A stretch of 64,000 nt of DNA from Haplodiscus bocki (lineage: Eukaryota). Where the stretch lies: assembly GCA_965655095.1 (NCBI GenBank), contig OZ296650.1:61132001-61196000 (forward strand), given 5' to 3'. Below the pieces are notes generated by a model. The model was not told the DNA's origin. It made no database searches and saw only the letters and a list, made by a program, of their open reading frames with translations. Of the stretch, positions 60,400-64,000 are shown piece by piece. How positions within the stretch are numbered: the first letter of the stretch is position 1; the number at the start of each line of letters is the position of its first letter. Made by a program: the position numbers and the translations under genes.

Positions 60400-63300
60400 T
60401 TGGAGTTTTTTCCTTTTCCTGATTTTACCAATGATGCGCAGAATCTTCTCCAGAATCGTTGGTGGCTTGCAGAATCCTTATGGGGGGTGACGCAGTGGTT
60501 AGGTATCCCACAGGTAGCTGGTATGTTTTTTTTACATATTTTTAGGTACTCGTTAACACATTCTTCTTTTTTGATTTCAAAAATCAGAGTTTTTGACAAA
60601 ACTTGGGGTTCTTTGACAAGTGGGCTCTTTTTTAATCAAAAATTATCCGTGTTCCGATGGAAAACAAACCAATAGTTATCTCTGAAAGTTCTTCAAAAAA
60701 TTGGGAAAAAATTTTCGGCTTTACCAAAACGCCGCAAAAAATCGAAAGTTTAGAAATCTGTTTAAAAAATTAGTTATGAAGGTAGAAAATCGAAATTTTC
60801 AGTGTTTTTTTATATCAGTTTTTTTCACTATCCGAGTTTCATCGGGGTCAGAAAAAACGAATTCACTTGACAAATTATTTTTGCTCGAACATATCGTTCT
60901 GTCATCCCCACATTGAAAGAATGCCAAAACGCAATTATTATTGAGTTTCTTGCTGCTGCAACTCACTTTTCTCAAAAAAAGGAAAGGTTCAATTCTTTCA
61001 TCTAGGTCTAAATTGAAAGCCTTCTACTTGTGAAAGAGTATTTCATTAAAAAATGACTGGTTTCGTTCCACGGTTTTGACTGTAGAATCCTGAAAAAACG
61101 TTAATGTGGAGAAAATGCCATTACTGTTGAAAAATCTCGTTATTCAAACACATATTTCTTCGTAACTACAGCTTTGATTCCTTCCATGAAGGTCTCAATC
61201 GAAAGCTTTACACTTGTAGCGAAAGATTCGATTGACAAATAATTTTTTTTGATCCTTGCATCAAAATCCCGACCGTCCGATGGTGTTAAAAAGTGCTATT
61301 CATCGCAAGTATGAACTTTTTTGCCGTAACTAGAGACTCAAATTCTTTAAGGTCTCAACCGACAGTATCCTACTTGTGAAGGAGTTGTATTTGAAAGGCA
61401 TCCATTCCTTTGTTTGCATTCGATTGACAAATAATTTATTTTGATCCTTGCATGAAAATCCCGACCGTCCGATGGTGTTAAAAAGTGCTATTCATCGCAA
61501 GTATGAACTTTTTTTGCCGTAACTAGAGACTCAAGTTCTTTGAGGTCTCAACCGATAGTATCCTACTTGTGAAGGAGTTGTATTTGAAAAGCATCCATTC
61601 CTTTGTTTGCATCGGAATGCTATTAGTCCAAAAATGCTCAAAAGTTTTCAATTTTGACTAAACTCGATTTTCAAAATCATTTTTCTTCATAACTACAAAC
61701 TAGATTTCTTTCATCAAGGTCTCAATCGACAACATTTATTTTTAGAAGTTTGGATATGACAAGCTATTGATTTTGTTCCTTGAGTTGGAATTTTAATAGC
61801 TAGGAAATGCCATAGAACTGCGTTCAGTTCTGACACTTCTTCATTTTGCATGTCATAGTTCTCCATGACTGCTGACTTTTTTTCTTGCTTCAAAATAGTT
61901 TTTGGTTGCTTAAGTATTTTGTTTTTGATAGAGTTTTGATTTTGAAACGATCAATTTTTTTCCTTGGGTTAGAATCCTGATAGTCCCAGAATAAAAAACT
62001 TCTACTTTTTGAGGTTTTTTGGATTTCAAGACTATCATAGCTGTTCACGCATTGAAATTTTGATTTTCCAAAATTGCCAAAATTGCTTTTGATATGAACT
62101 CATCTCGCTTTTCGAATTTGTGTTTCTCCAAAACAACTGAATTGATCTCTTCCTTCAAGGTCTGAATCTAAAAGTACCTTTTTGTGTTCGATCATTCTTT
62201 CAATAAATTATTGACTGCCCTGTAGTGGAATGCTGATTGATCAGAAATGGGAAAGTTATCAGAATTGACATGCCTTGATATTCAAACTCTTCTTTCTCCA
62301 GATCTGCTTATCGTTTTTTCATCAATGGGTCAATTGATAGGTTTTACTTGGGATGGACTATTCGTTTCTAAATACCATGAAATTTGTTTTCTACATCGGA
62401 ATTGCAATCCTGATTGGCTAAAAGTGCGGTATTGCTATCAGTATGGACATATCCCGATATCCAACTCCTCGTAAACTATAGCTTTGAATTCATCTATCAA
62501 GGTCTGAGTTGACGGTGTTATACTTTTAGATGACACTTATATTGAACAATCTCCCATTTTTTTCATTATGTTGTAATCTTGATAGGCCAAAAATTCGACA
62601 AGTTGCAATTAATATTCATATTTTGTCAGTGTTCAAACTCACAACTCTCAAGCTGGATTTGTTACGACAAGGTCTCCGTCGAGTTTTTTTTGTTGTCAAT
62701 AATGGGTTTGTTTGTGAAAACGATTGGATGTTTGTTCGATCAGTCTGTTTACAGCTCAATGACGAAGTATTGAACTGCGACTGCGCTGCTTTTTTTTCGT
62801 TTTGCTGCTATTACCCGTGGCGCGCAGAGCTATCGTGTTCGCCCAGATTTTGGTTAGCCGCCACGTACAGTCTGCATTGTGAACATGCCTTCATAGCGCC
62901 GCGCATAATACGAGAGAAAATTTCACGGTTGACTAACCGACAGATAGTGGTTTCGCTCCTCTTTGCTAGCAGTTCCTTCTACGCGCTTGTCTTCTTATGT
63001 TGGATTTTGTCCTAGCAGAAAACGTTTTTCGAAAATATTCCGGATTTTGTCGGAAAGTTTCAATTGAAACAGGCTTTTCTTTTTGAAACTTTCATGAAAA
63101 GTTCTGCATTGTTTTCGATTTTTGTGGAAACCCGATGTTTAGTTAGTCTTCTATTAAAAAAATAAAAATTGTTTATGGATTTCCAGTGCCATTTTTGACG
63201 TCCAGTATTTTGAGTGAAATGGATTTTTCGACGCTTGACAGAAGAAAAACTTGGATTCGAAGTTGTTTTGCTGGAGGTCTCGTGCTATCACCACATTGCA

Positions 63301-63850
63301 CTTTTGACAAAAAATCAATGCGTATTGATTTTAAGCGACCTGATCGCCATAACTAAGCGTTAACTTTTTCTAAGATCTGAACCACCATTTTTCACTTCAA
63401 GCATCTGAAATCAAAATTTCGGATTTTGTTCCTTTCATTGGAGTTCTGATGGACTGGAAATGCCTTAGTTCTGTTAGCTTTGACATAACTTAGTATTGAA
63501 ACACGTTCTTCTTAAAGACACCTGCCTCATTTCTATTAACAAGGTCAGACTCCACAGCTTTTTAGTTGTGGAGGAGTTCTCACTTGGAAAGTCAACGACT
63601 TCTTTCCCCGCGTTGGAGTTCGGATAGGCCGAAATTGTCTAAAATTGCTTTTAGAATTGACAATTGCCGATATTCAACCTCCTATTTGTTCGAAGCCACT
63701 TTTGGTGTCTTCCATCAAGGTCACAACCTCAAGTTTTTTTACCTGTGGCGGACAATGTGATAATTCTTCGATTTTGATATTCTTATCAGAATCCTGATAG
63801 GTCAAAAATGCCAAAATATTTTTATCAGTTTCGGTATACCTCGGGAGAGA
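60400..63850 (+). mobile_element. Composite dispersed repeat with internal ~175-bp tandem array (copy 2, longer)
   Basis: Head homologous to 27190-27330; AACTACA...AAGGTCTCAATCGA and CCTTGCATCAGAATCCTGATAG-like motifs recur at ~60984, 61163, 61328, 61520, 61690, 62131, 62473, 62641, 63518 and 63694. Confidence 0.7.
61226..61612. repeat. Recent ~192-bp tandem duplication inside the array
   Basis: ATTCGATTGACAAATAATTT... starts at 61226 and again at 61418; the copies differ at only a handful of positions. Confidence 0.92.
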
Positions 63851-64000
63851 TATAAAAACAATAAAAACTAGTTGAAAATCTGAGAGTTTTTTGCTTCTAG
63901 GTTTTTCTAAAACAAAGTTTTCTATTAAATTGAACGGAATATTGACCCTCACTGAAAATGCAGTAAGGGTTTTGTTGTCGGCTATTTTTTCATCGTTAGT

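Noticed and set aside
1-64000. CRISPR arrays, prokaryotic operons or defence islands
   Set aside because: No repeat-spacer arrays; spliceosomal introns, LINEs and an LTR element indicate eukaryotic DNA. Most 60-110-aa ORFs in the track are Phe/Leu/Lys-rich chance frames in AT-rich repeats.

Overview
AT-rich eukaryotic (invertebrate-animal-like) genomic DNA dominated by decayed transposable elements; the host cannot be fixed from sequence alone. The centrepiece is a full-length, 12.6-kb, minus-strand Ty3/Gypsy LTR element (32724-45346). It has ~855-bp LTRs, a tRNA-Leu-type PBS and a U_UUA_AAC gag-pol slippery site, and is organised like a complex retrovirus: a leader ORF (PPxY + transmembrane segment) upstream of gag; a TARG1/OARD1-type macrodomain between RNase H and integrase; a class I F-type env (signal peptide, furin-like site, paramyxovirus-like fusion peptide, TM); an array of covarying short hairpins; and a probably spliced accessory ORF running into the 3' LTR. 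The copy is inactivated by stops and frameshifts. Host sequences: two in-frame exons of a DDAH-like gene with all three catalytic positions substituted, a coiled-coil gene with candidate 26-31-nt micro-introns, and a decayed FAM111/trypsin-like protease. Also present are several LINE remnants (one with a structured, SRP-Alu-like 5' end), a non-autonomous hAT element, MITE/Helitron/SINE-like repeats and ~175-190-bp tandem arrays. No CRISPR array, rRNA or intact tRNA gene was found. All homology calls are by eye from remembered motifs, not database searches.
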